Shown here: in pieces, positions 51,901-60,500 of the stretch | Layout of the letters: each line of letters begins with the position of its first letter | Position numbering within the stretch: position 1 is the first letter of the stretch | Assembly: GCA_030827365.1 (NCBI GenBank) | Contig: JAUREO010000001.1 | Location: forward strand, 22,312-86,311 | Direction: 5' to 3' | Source of the DNA: Poseidonia sp. | Lineage (GTDB): Archaea; Thermoplasmatota; Poseidoniia; Poseidoniales; Poseidoniaceae | Length of the DNA stretch: 64,000 nt | Notes under the pieces: model-generated | Databases searched by the model: none | What the model was told of the DNA's origin: nothing | The model's input: the letters and a program-made list of their open reading frames with translations, nothing else | Made by a program: the position numbers and the translations under genes

Positions 51901-53743
51901 CGAGCTTATCCAAGAGGCGGGGCCGCAACAATACCGTGCGACACTTAGTGGCAACGGAGTCGAGGTTGAACATAGCCAATATCGCTTCAACATTTCAGTG
52001 TCAGAATACACAGTCAGTGCACTCGTTCGACTCAATCTTGATGCAAATGAAGTTCCAATCGACCTTGTGAGTGTTGAAGATAGATCACTGCTTTTTACGG
52101 TTCGAAAAGGTGAACTCCATGTAAGAGTTTATGGAAAAACCAATCAATTGATCTCCGACATTTTGCTTGAAGGAAACTGGGATGGCGAACTTGCCACACT
52201 CGTTCGCGAAGATGACTTAGTTCATGTTGCTTGGACCCGAAAAACCGAAAGTGTTGATGGGTATACGCTGACCAACATTGGTATGACTTCAATTTCAAGT
52301 GAAGGAAAAATAACACCAAAACACTATCATTTGCAACCTTTGAAATTATCTGAGGGAAGTTATTGGGGTCTTGCCTTGGATGAATATGACGAACGAGTCG
52401 TTCTCGCCGGTTACCACAGAGACATATCTACAGGTGGCTCGTGGCAAGATATTACCTCCATATTTGTACTCGTGAGCGACACACCCGACCGAGGAAATTC
52501 TTGGGGGAATGAAGTGGTCGTTCTTGCTGATGTCGACATTCGAAAGAGTGAGGCACAACCACTCGCTATCGCACTTGGTGAAGAATACTTACACATTCTC
52601 TACCAACAACGCAGAGATGACATCACGGGCATCGAACGTGTTGGACTCATGTACACACATGGCGAACCAACACAGGCCTCTTGGTCGTTCAAATCTGCTG
52701 TTGACGATGAAAGTTACAATGCTGTCATCGATGTTCATGTGGAGGATAAGGAAGATATTCTCATCGCCGCTTGGATGAAAAATACAGGTCGATACACAAA
52801 AATTGCGACTGCAGTAACCGACACCAGTTGGTCCATTGACGACCCAACATATGTTTCTGCACCAGGCTCGCAATTTTTGACCATTGGAAAGCACCGCGAT
52901 GGATATTATGTCCTGTATGATGAAATCAATGTGTTTGGTCCTGTCACTCGTTTTGGTCAATTTGCTGATGACGATGGACAGGCAGTGAATGGGGTATCAA
53001 ACATCATTGCAAATGGCTATATTCGGGGCTATGGTGTTGAGGAAAATAACGACGGTGTCATGCTTTTGATTTCTACATCAGGCTCGTATGAATTCAAAGA
53101 CATCATCTCTGGCGAAGATTACGAACAAGGTGAAAAGCTATCAGGTTTGGAACTGCTGCTTGAACCGCTTCCAGGGTCATTTGAAACAAAACTGATTGTA
53201 GCATCAACGAGCGTAGTCTTGTTGGCCCTGTTTCTCATCTTCGTTGTCGTTTCTCTCAAGAAAAGTCGTCGAGAGGTAGAATTGGAAATTGCAAAAGCGG
53301 CAGAAGACCAAGACAATATTGAACTTATGATACAACCAGAAGAAGACATTGGTCCTTTGCTCGCTATTGATGCGGAAGAAGAAGACCTTGTTGTGTCAAC
53401 ATCTGCACCACTGGTCCAAGAAGATGAAGAGAAGCACTCACTTTCGGAGGAGTTAGAACATAAAATCGAACAAGGTGAAGGTAGTGCAAGAATGGAGAGA
53501 AGAATGAAACGCATGAAAGAACGAGAACTTGCTGAGATGTTTGCTAATATGCCTACCCCTAAACTGCCTCTACCAGGTGATGTACCTCCACCTGCGTTTG
53601 TTCCTTTACCACAGGCCTCAATGCCCCTTCCTGAATTGTCAAAACAAATGACGTGTTCAAAATGTTCTGCGACGATTAAGGTCAAAGATATCATGCGTGC
53701 ATCAATCAAATGTCCAATTTGTTCGGCCAATATTGAATCTTGA
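48902..53743 (+). CDS. Giant S8 subtilisin-like serine protease with Ig-like/CARDB-like domains, a beta-propeller-like region, a single TM and a ~160-aa cytoplasmic tail ending in a zinc ribbon
   Basis: Catalytic triad motifs are VIAVLDTGVD, GQGHGTHVAGSA and DGTSMATPLVSG. The signal is LSILILMIFIMVFSTTLSPIVA. CARDB-like signatures include IRNIGDDDGKEVYV...EPNEENNVYSF. The TM is LIVASTSVVLLALFLIFVVVSL. The tail has acidic and Pro-rich parts and CSKC-x15-CPIC. Confidence 0.9.
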   Translation: MQRQRNSRLSILILMIFIMVFSTTLSPIVAHPISNVVVKNSDEPILIEGLPPLVCGEELCRFNDRLIERNGMPASEDELWWLSYGPDLDWNGMDDRLQRVLAGAESISPTAIIGPDGRKTVAIVVDYAWHPTNKEHEELQAILIAHGWVGEEGGAWYQALDSLDAIVVDKVPVSALMDIYSSEGVVVIEMQNVMVPSNDIATRALRMRPSDVYTATAYERGYDGQGVVIAVLDTGVDNEHRSLNDFDDKNDAPDEDPTSYNDQKWVAGYDATSAAANQDGSQDPDDGQGHGTHVAGSALGTGGSDRTHMGTAPGAFLVDIKVLTDSGGTNSQASLNGIQWMINNRNTDWGNNASSRGIDVASMSFGSVSSPLNPGDEGDNGSGAEARLVNNATSAGIVCVVAMGNDGSRRVPSPASADGAISVAAANDRNNVNRTNDVIASYSNSGPRISDDDDDDWDELKPDVTSFGTGIVSASAATGPSLPGQFKTLADNDYESLDGTSMATPLVSGVVAIMLQADDSLTPEQVKDILRNSSEIKGSASEPSISNRWNANWGFGLVDASCALDQVLKRVCTSLDDSGVVIDPPPGGGVGDHVDLDEPENQTYHLAGKYLRVAGTTDIPNDVNYVQVQVLLEQVNDDGDKTELMPWTAATGSVDSWYLDVLVQDDWADPEADYNVIYARAVTDEGDASAIAYKIVQFGKMDITFSSPLADAILSGIVEVSGTVEGTDHNRIEYKVDGGDWVVGTTLSPMKEGQQSWSFTWNSQEVEDGIHKLSVRMVNDSEIKTDIERRSFTIDNFPAAPDFEIFGVPEIHEQGLPVYEAIAGTLLEVKVSIRNIGDDDGKEVYVLLDAPGTVSTSYPSDYEVALLEEGSTVSITLHWWATEAGEHSVSIEVDPNNQFTEPNEENNVYSFNFKINERPTQPVLRFQSGSVSTTPVIPTPNQPFKINVRVDNYGQNDATNLQLALDRFVDGIGWNRLDSKEIIVIPGSIVFPGFIEVEFTELIQEAGPQQYRATLSGNGVEVEHSQYRFNISVSEYTVSALVRLNLDANEVPIDLVSVEDRSLLFTVRKGELHVRVYGKTNQLISDILLEGNWDGELATLVREDDLVHVAWTRKTESVDGYTLTNIGMTSISSEGKITPKHYHLQPLKLSEGSYWGLALDEYDERVVLAGYHRDISTGGSWQDITSIFVLVSDTPDRGNSWGNEVVVLADVDIRKSEAQPLAIALGEEYLHILYQQRRDDITGIERVGLMYTHGEPTQASWSFKSAVDDESYNAVIDVHVEDKEDILIAAWMKNTGRYTKIATAVTDTSWSIDDPTYVSAPGSQFLTIGKHRDGYYVLYDEINVFGPVTRFGQFADDDGQAVNGVSNIIANGYIRGYGVEENNDGVMLLISTSGSYEFKDIISGEDYEQGEKLSGLELLLEPLPGSFETKLIVASTSVVLLALFLIFVVVSLKKSRREVELEIAKAAEDQDNIELMIQPEEDIGPLLAIDAEEEDLVVSTSAPLVQEDEEKHSLSEELEHKIEQGEGSARMERRMKRMKERELAEMFANMPTPKLPLPGDVPPPAFVPLPQASMPLPELSKQMTCSKCSATIKVKDIMRASIKCPICSANIES

Positions 53744-53752
53744 AGTGATCAT

Positions 53753-55573
53753 ATGTGTAGCATCTTTGCATATATTGGCTATCGTAAAGCCCAACCAATC
53801 TTGCTTGACGGCATACGAAGAATGGAATACAGAGGTTATGATTCTGCAGGTATCGCAGTCAAAAACCCTGAAATTCAAGTTATCAAATCCGTTGGAAATG
53901 TTTCTCAACTTCAAGAAAAAATTACACAGATCTTTGATGGCCAAACTGGAATTGCACATACTCGATGGGCTACACACGGTGGAGTTACCGATGAAAATGC
54001 ACATCCTCATTTTTCATTCGACCGAAAAGTTGTTTTGGTACACAATGGAATTATTGAAAATTATAAAGCATTAGCAAGGCAACTTCAATCATTAAACATC
54101 GAACTCAAATCGCAAACAGATACTGAAATTATTGCCCATCTCATCGCCCTCGAATTAAAATCAGGGAAAAACCCAACTGCATCGGTTCTCAATACCGTAA
54201 AGAAACTACGCGGAACATGGGGGATTTGCGTCATGTTTGCAGACCATCAAGAACTCGTATGTGCCCGATTTGGTTCCCCGTTGCTCGTTGGTAAAAATGA
54301 AAATGAAATGTTTGTCTCAAGTGACCCCCACGCACTGCATCCCTACACCGACCGCGTTATTTTCCTCGAAGAGGGCCATATTGCCACGCTTACTCAAAAC
54401 AATGTTGAATTATCCTCTCCTACAAAAAACTCAGTCAAAGCAGAAATTGTAACTTTAGAACAAGATTGGGGCGAAGCAGAATTAGGAGAGTTTGAACATT
54501 TCATGCTCAAGGAGATTTACGAGCAACCCGATGCACTCCGTCATTGTGTTTCGGGGCGAATGAGTCTGAATCAAGGCATTGGACGGTTAGGGGGAATGAG
54601 GTTAGAGCCTGCTGTGCTACAACAGACACCGCATGTACGATTACTTGGATGTGGAACAGCGTTCCATGCTGCAGAAATCGGAGCTGCATTGGTTGAGCGT
54701 TTAGCAAGAATTCCTGCAGTTGCTACTATTTCCAGTGAATTCAAAACCAACGACCCAGTCATTAATCCGAAAGCAATACATCTTGCGATATCTCAATCTG
54801 GAGAAACTGCCGATACAATTGCTGCTATTCAAGAAATTCATCTTAAAGGTGCGAAAGCGTACGGTGTGGTCAATGTTGTAGGTTCCACCATTTCACGTCT
54901 GTGTGGGCAAGGTGTGTACATTCACTCTGGCCCAGAGCAAGCCGTAGCCTCCACAAAGGCATTCACAAATATGATTGCAGCTTTGACATTGTTTGCGACT
55001 CAAATTGGTCGTTCAAGGCACATTTCAAAAGACCAAGGGGTTGATATCCTCAAAGAATTACAACAAATTCCGCACAAAATGGAAGGATATCTTGAGTCTC
55101 AAGGCGACATTATGAAAGCAGTTGAGTTACTTAAGGATGCGAAATGTGTGTTGTTTTTGGGACGCGGTATCTCTGCACCAGTCGCCAAAGAAGGAGCACT
55201 CAAACTCATGGAAGTTGCCTACATCCCTTGTTTGGCATATCCTGCAGGTGAAATTAAACATGGACCAATTGCTCTGCTTGAGGAAGGTAGTCCTGTCGTC
55301 GTCGTAGCACCAAACGACTCACTGCAAGTCAAAGCCCTATCAGCAATTCACGAATGTAGGGCGAGGGGTGCAAAAATAATTTTGATTCATGAAGAAGGTG
55401 ATTCAATTTCATCTGAAGGTGACATTTCTATTGCCATACCAAAATGCCATGAGCTGCTATCACCTCTGTTGACCGTCATTCCATTACAATTGATTGCTTA
55501 CCACACTGCTGTTGCGCGAGGTTGCAATGTGGACCGACCACGCAATCTAGCAAAATCAGTCACGGTCGAGTGA
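53753..55573 (+). CDS. glmS: Glutamine--fructose-6-phosphate aminotransferase (isomerizing)
   Basis: The N-terminus MCSIFAYIG provides the Ntn Cys. RGYDSAG and HTRWATHG also match. There are two SIS domains, and the C-terminus is PRNLAKSVTVE. Confidence 0.95.
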   Translation: MCSIFAYIGYRKAQPILLDGIRRMEYRGYDSAGIAVKNPEIQVIKSVGNVSQLQEKITQIFDGQTGIAHTRWATHGGVTDENAHPHFSFDRKVVLVHNGIIENYKALARQLQSLNIELKSQTDTEIIAHLIALELKSGKNPTASVLNTVKKLRGTWGICVMFADHQELVCARFGSPLLVGKNENEMFVSSDPHALHPYTDRVIFLEEGHIATLTQNNVELSSPTKNSVKAEIVTLEQDWGEAELGEFEHFMLKEIYEQPDALRHCVSGRMSLNQGIGRLGGMRLEPAVLQQTPHVRLLGCGTAFHAAEIGAALVERLARIPAVATISSEFKTNDPVINPKAIHLAISQSGETADTIAAIQEIHLKGAKAYGVVNVVGSTISRLCGQGVYIHSGPEQAVASTKAFTNMIAALTLFATQIGRSRHISKDQGVDILKELQQIPHKMEGYLESQGDIMKAVELLKDAKCVLFLGRGISAPVAKEGALKLMEVAYIPCLAYPAGEIKHGPIALLEEGSPVVVVAPNDSLQVKALSAIHECRARGAKIILIHEEGDSISSEGDISIAIPKCHELLSPLLTVIPLQLIAYHTAVARGCNVDRPRNLAKSVTVE

Positions 55574-55575
55574 TC

Positions 55576-56334
55576 TCATAGAATTGAGAATCGTTGCTCA
55601 TCGGCTTTCCAAGTGAATGGTTTGTACCCAAGGATATGTCGAGTGTGTCGCATTTTAACGATTCCAATTTTTCTTGAGACTTCATCACCTTGACGTTCCA
55701 TCACAAGGTGAATCACGCCGTCTGAAAGATAATCCTCCACACCATATTCACCAAATTGTTTATTGTCATCACCAGTCATTTCACAGATAAAGAATGAAGT
55801 GAGATTTAATCTTCGAACTGCCTCAAAGAGCCTAAAGATTTCATCTCGTGGGTTCTCCATCTTCGTAAGCGTGAAGAATGCTCCAAGAGAGTCGAATACG
55901 AGCAATTCAAAACCAATGGATTGTCGATATGATGTCAATTGTTTGATGAGTTGCCCCATCCAATCTACTCGCTTGCTCATGCCTTGCTCATCGAGTTGAA
56001 CACGTAGGTCGGCGAGATCAATAATTGCGATTCTGTTACGAACTCGGGCATCTTCGACATTCATACCCATGTTTGCCATATGGGAGCGTAGGGATTCTTT
56101 GCCTTGTTCAAGAGTAACATAAATGCCGCTGGTTTCGCCGTAAAGAACAGCGTTGTAGAGCATAGAAAAAGTTAGACTTGATTTCATGGCGCCTGAAGCC
56201 CCAGCAACAATACAAATGTGGCCTTGTGGGATTCCACCTTGCATATTTTCATCTAATCCTTCAATGTTCGATGGGATTCTTTCACTATCTGCCACTTGAC
56301 TCACTACTTTATGGGAATTGTTTGGTTTCTTCAA
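55576..56334 (-). CDS. KaiC/RadA-like single-domain ATPase (RAD55-type archaeal paralog)
   Basis: IPSNIEGLDENMQGGIPQGHICIVAGASGAMKSS covers the N-terminal motif and the Walker A region. Walker B is LLVFDSL. Every start upstream of the conserved N-terminal motif is non-ATG (TTG at 56334, GTG at 56304 or 56295). Confidence 0.7.
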   Translation of the reverse strand: MKKPNNSHKVVSQVADSERIPSNIEGLDENMQGGIPQGHICIVAGASGAMKSSLTFSMLYNAVLYGETSGIYVTLEQGKESLRSHMANMGMNVEDARVRNRIAIIDLADLRVQLDEQGMSKRVDWMGQLIKQLTSYRQSIGFELLVFDSLGAFFTLTKMENPRDEIFRLFEAVRRLNLTSFFICEMTGDDNKQFGEYGVEDYLSDGVIHLVMERQGDEVSRKIGIVKMRHTRHILGYKPFTWKADEQRFSIL

Positions 56335-56389
56335 GTTCTCGTTTGATTTTGATGGATAAAACTACGGCATTTCTTCAATTACGGAGTGC

Positions 56390-56962
56390 ATGGAGGTCGT
56401 ATTGGCATCCGCCTCGTCAAGGCGAAAAACACTTCTTGAGCAACTTCATTTTGTTGTGGAAACAAAGCCAATGATAGGTATTGATGAAACCCCGCCACCT
56501 GGGGTCGAGGTCCGTTTGCAAGTTGAAATGATTTGCCGCAGAAAGGCAGATGGCTACGACTTGGTTCAAAATGAAATTATCATCGTCGCGGATACGATGA
56601 TTGAGCATCCGCATGACTCAAACAAGAGCATAGGTAAACCAGCAGACTTGAACCATGCAAGAGAAATACTGAGTCTATTGTCTGGGCAAAACCATAAAGT
56701 ATGGACGACAACGGGAATATTCTCAAAAGGAGAATGGCATATGTTTACCAATGTAGCGGTTGTTTTTATCCCGAATTTGGACGATGAGACGATGCTTCAT
56801 CTCCTCGATTCTGGTTCATGGATAGGCAAGGCGGGGGCATATGATTTGCATGGTGAAATGCAAAAGTTTGCTTTGCTAAAACTCGGGGAAGAATCGACGG
56901 TACTCGGTATTGCTTCGGAAGCCATCGCTTTTCTTCAAAGCATGGATGAAGGCGTCATTTGA
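56390..56962 (+). CDS. maf: Maf-like nucleoside triphosphate pyrophosphatase
   Basis: The N-terminus is VVLASASSRRKTLLEQL. Motifs ADT, KP and GKAGAYD also match; about 190 aa. Confidence 0.8.
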   Translation: MEVVLASASSRRKTLLEQLHFVVETKPMIGIDETPPPGVEVRLQVEMICRRKADGYDLVQNEIIIVADTMIEHPHDSNKSIGKPADLNHAREILSLLSGQNHKVWTTTGIFSKGEWHMFTNVAVVFIPNLDDETMLHLLDSGSWIGKAGAYDLHGEMQKFALLKLGEESTVLGIASEAIAFLQSMDEGVI

Positions 56963-57519
56963 GGTGTTAATCCTAATTCATGTTTTGTTGCATCAACCAC
57001 CACATCTTTGCCAGGTATAAGGAACAATTTATCGTATTGGTCGAGGGCATAAACGCCAATTCCATAGTGGCTTGATCTCGATTTTAACTCACGCTTAAGT
57101 GCATCTTGATGTGTTTCCATATGAAGGAGTGAACGCAAATCTAGAATAATAGAGTCGCCTTGAATCACTCTATCAAACATTTCATGGAAGGGGATTCGGA
57201 ATTTTTCATCAGGGCTCACATATCGAACGGCTTTGTCAGGAATTAGATTTTGATAAGTAAGTGGAATGCCAAGGTCATGAAACGGCTCACCGTCTGATGT
57301 GACAGGACCTTTCCAATCGAACGGAATTTCCCTTCGTTGTTGCGGTGTTGCCCTCGGCATCATTTGATTGACAGGTGGTGGGATGTCCAAGTGGTCAGCA
57401 TCAATCAAGGTCTCATGATTTGATTGCTGAGTCAGAGCCCTTTCTGAGCGTTTTTTCTTTGTAGGTAGCTTGTTTCCATCCGGGTCTGGTAAACCAAAAA
57501 ATTGCCACAAACTTACCAT
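56935..57519 (-). CDS. Possible SepF-like (DUF552) cell-division protein with long N-terminal linker
   Basis: The N-terminal amphipathic segment MVSLWQFFGL resembles the SepF membrane-targeting helix. The C-terminal ~80 aa (FDRVIQGDSIILDLRSL...YGIGVYALDQYDKLFLIPGKDVVV) follows the SepF core pattern. Assigned by eye only. Confidence 0.4.
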   Translation of the reverse strand: MVSLWQFFGLPDPDGNKLPTKKKRSERALTQQSNHETLIDADHLDIPPPVNQMMPRATPQQRREIPFDWKGPVTSDGEPFHDLGIPLTYQNLIPDKAVRYVSPDEKFRIPFHEMFDRVIQGDSIILDLRSLLHMETHQDALKRELKSRSSHYGIGVYALDQYDKLFLIPGKDVVVDATKHELGLTPQMTPSSML

Positions 57520-57528
57520 ATTGTTTCC

Positions 57529-60500
57529 TCAAAAGTCTAGGTCATCTAACAAATCGTGGATAGATGATAACGCAAGTTGAGGTGCAGTATCAAAGGCTTG
57601 TGGTTGCATAGGCGGTGCAGGGGTCGAATTTGCGTCCAACCACTGTTGGCCATAGTAATTCCATTGGTCCATCGTCCAACCCTGAGGAAGACCATTAGCC
57701 GGTAATGGAGGGCCGCTCGAAACAGGTGCAGTCGCCATCGGATTGGGTGGAATCGAGGTTTGTACAACGTCGAGAGCTGGTAAAGGTTTAGGCTGTGGTT
57801 GAGGAGGTGAAGCCTGCAAAGAAGGTAAAGCAGGTAAGGCTGGTAAGGCAGGCAAGGCGGGTAGAGGTTGTTGTTGGAAGACCGGTAGTTCGGCTTGGCC
57901 TCCAATCCCGAAGACAGCATCATCGAATTTTGTTTCGTACACATCATCAGAGGCTCTTGGTTTGGTGATGAACATGAATCCGATGAGAAGGACCACGATG
58001 ATGACGATGGTCATGAGCGTATACGTCATTGTCGGTCCAATGGCTGACTCAATTGATTCAAAGATGCCATCTGGGGGTTGTTCTGTGACTTTGATGGTCA
58101 TTGATGTTGTTTGGAATTCACCGTCGTCATCGATCACCGTGAGTACAATATCCCATGTACCAGGTGGAAGGTTTGTGAGTTCAATAGATTCAGTTGTAAA
58201 ATCAACATCACCTGCGTTTTTCCCATCGAGATTTCCATCGAGGTAGCCAACATCCCATGAGTATTGAAGATTTAATTTGTCAGTTTCTGTCTCTCTTGTT
58301 CCTGCAGCAGAAAGTATGATGGTATCGCCTTCCATTAAGTCTGTGAGGAGTGATTCTGAGCCTATTACAGGAACAGGTGGCAGATTGAGTACACTGACAT
58401 TCATCGAAATCGATGCCGAAGCCCCGTCGTTGTCGATCACAGTAGCCGTCACTTTTCGAACACCTTTTGTTCCCCATGATGCGTTGAGATTTTCTCCCTT
58501 GACTTCACAGTCGTCATCCATTACACCGTTGTTATCGAGGTCAACACTCGAGTCGAGGTCCCAGCACACGACAAGACTTTCCAAATCGGACGGCGTATCA
58601 TCGATATCAACGGACAAATATAGTGGGTCATCTTCGAAGAGTGGAACATCTCCAAAGAATCCGGATATGGTGGGTGCTACATTGTTGACCATCACAGTAC
58701 CATAGCGAAGTTCAGAAGATGCTCCATCATCATCCACGGCTCGTACTGAAATGACATGTTTACCAGATATATTCCATGAAATAAGTTGCATCGATTCTGC
58801 TCCAGTGGTTGTCAATGTCCAGTTGGCGTTTTTGTTTGATGGGTGCCATTCAATGAGAAGTGTTGGCTCATCGCTGATTGAATCATCAGCAAGGACATTG
58901 AGGAATCCGACCTCATCTTCGTTGACAACCCATACACCATCACCGTTGACCAATGCTGGCTCTCCGGCGAGAATGAGTTGGGGTTGGCCAATCGTTGGAG
59001 CTATGTTGAGAACAGTAATGTTGTACTCCACTTCAGTCGTGGCCCCATCATCATCAACGCCAACCGCCTTGACACTCATTGGCCCTTCTTCGAGTGGTGT
59101 AAATGTGCATAATCGTTGGGTCATTCCTTCGTCACAATCAAGTCCTGGCCAAGATATTACCACATCTTGCCCTTCTGGAGAAATGGTGTCGTTATCTTCA
59201 ACTCCGACGGCTTGAATTGTGATTTTTGACTCAACCTCGACCGATGTTGGTCCTGTGAGGTCAAATTCTGGTGGTCGATTGAGGACATTGATGGTGTGAT
59301 TGAGTTCCGACGTATCCAATTCATTGTCGGTGACAATGAGGTGAACATTCCATTGCCCATCGTCTGACCAGTTGAATTCAGTGATGCAATTTTCAGCATA
59401 GATTCGTGTGATGAGACTTGGCTTGTATTCGATTTCAAACATACATTCGATGTTTCCACCGTCTTCGTCAAAACTTGCCGATGCATCAAGGATGATGTTT
59501 TGCCATGTGAACATCCCTTCGGTCGAGGTCATGTTGCTCGTGGGTAATCGTCCAAAGAACAGATTAACATTCCCTTGATTGTTTGTTCGGTCGGCATCCT
59601 CGGTTACACTTTGTGTAGGGTCGACGACGTAGGAGAATGTTGATGTCCCGACGGCTTGGTCGACTTGGACAGTGTATTCAAGTTCGACTCGGTAGGTCGA
59701 ATATGGGCCTATGGCGGGTACTGTGGTGCTTGAGCTGGTCGAAAGCACATTTCCATCGAGCAGGAATTGCACTGTTGTTGCGGGGGAAGTAGCAATGCCT
59801 CTGTTTTCAATGGGTAAGGAAAAGGTAAGGATATCACCCGGAATTGAATTGAATCCGACTGCTGAATTCAACGTAGTTGTTTCTCCATCCCTCGTTCTTT
59901 CAACAATCGTAGCAGATGCTTGTGCAATGAGGTCAACTCCAACGATGGACAGGTCCATGACAACACTCGTCACTCCGATAACCCTTGCAACTGGGTCCCA
60001 AACGATGAGACCATTGCTCGAGTAGTCATCACTTGCAGGTGTATCATCGGTAAATTCAGAAGTATCAAGGTCGGTAATCGAAATATTTCCTACGGAATTA
60101 GTCGTAGGATTTCGAATGTTTTTATCAATTTCATATCGAACTTGTAGGTTCGTGTTTGCTACGGCATTTCCACCGTTGAGGTATTGAGCAGAGAAACTTG
60201 TTTCAATTTCCGGAAGGACTCTTGGATAGGTCATTTGTACATTGATGACTTTGTTTCGAGTGCCTGGGTCAGAGGTTGCCGAAACCCCAGTTGAATCAGC
60301 AGGACTGTATGTCTTGAGGAACCAATCGATAGTGAATCCTGCAGTGTTTGACACTCTGTTCCACGCTGGGCCACGCACATTTGGACAGTACCAATTGAAT
60401 CCTGTGTTAACTCCAGTTCCGTTCCATTCCATAATTTTGAATGAATTTTGACAGCCTTGGTAGGTGGGTGACTTTCCTGCTTCGGATGGGGCTTGATTTT

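Noticed and set aside
53119-53730. 203-aa minus-strand ORF antisense to the subtilase-2 tail
   Set aside because: Its Ser-rich low-complexity translation is generated by the complement of GAA/GAG-rich codons. The sense frame is continuous with the 1613-aa ORF and ends in a zinc ribbon.
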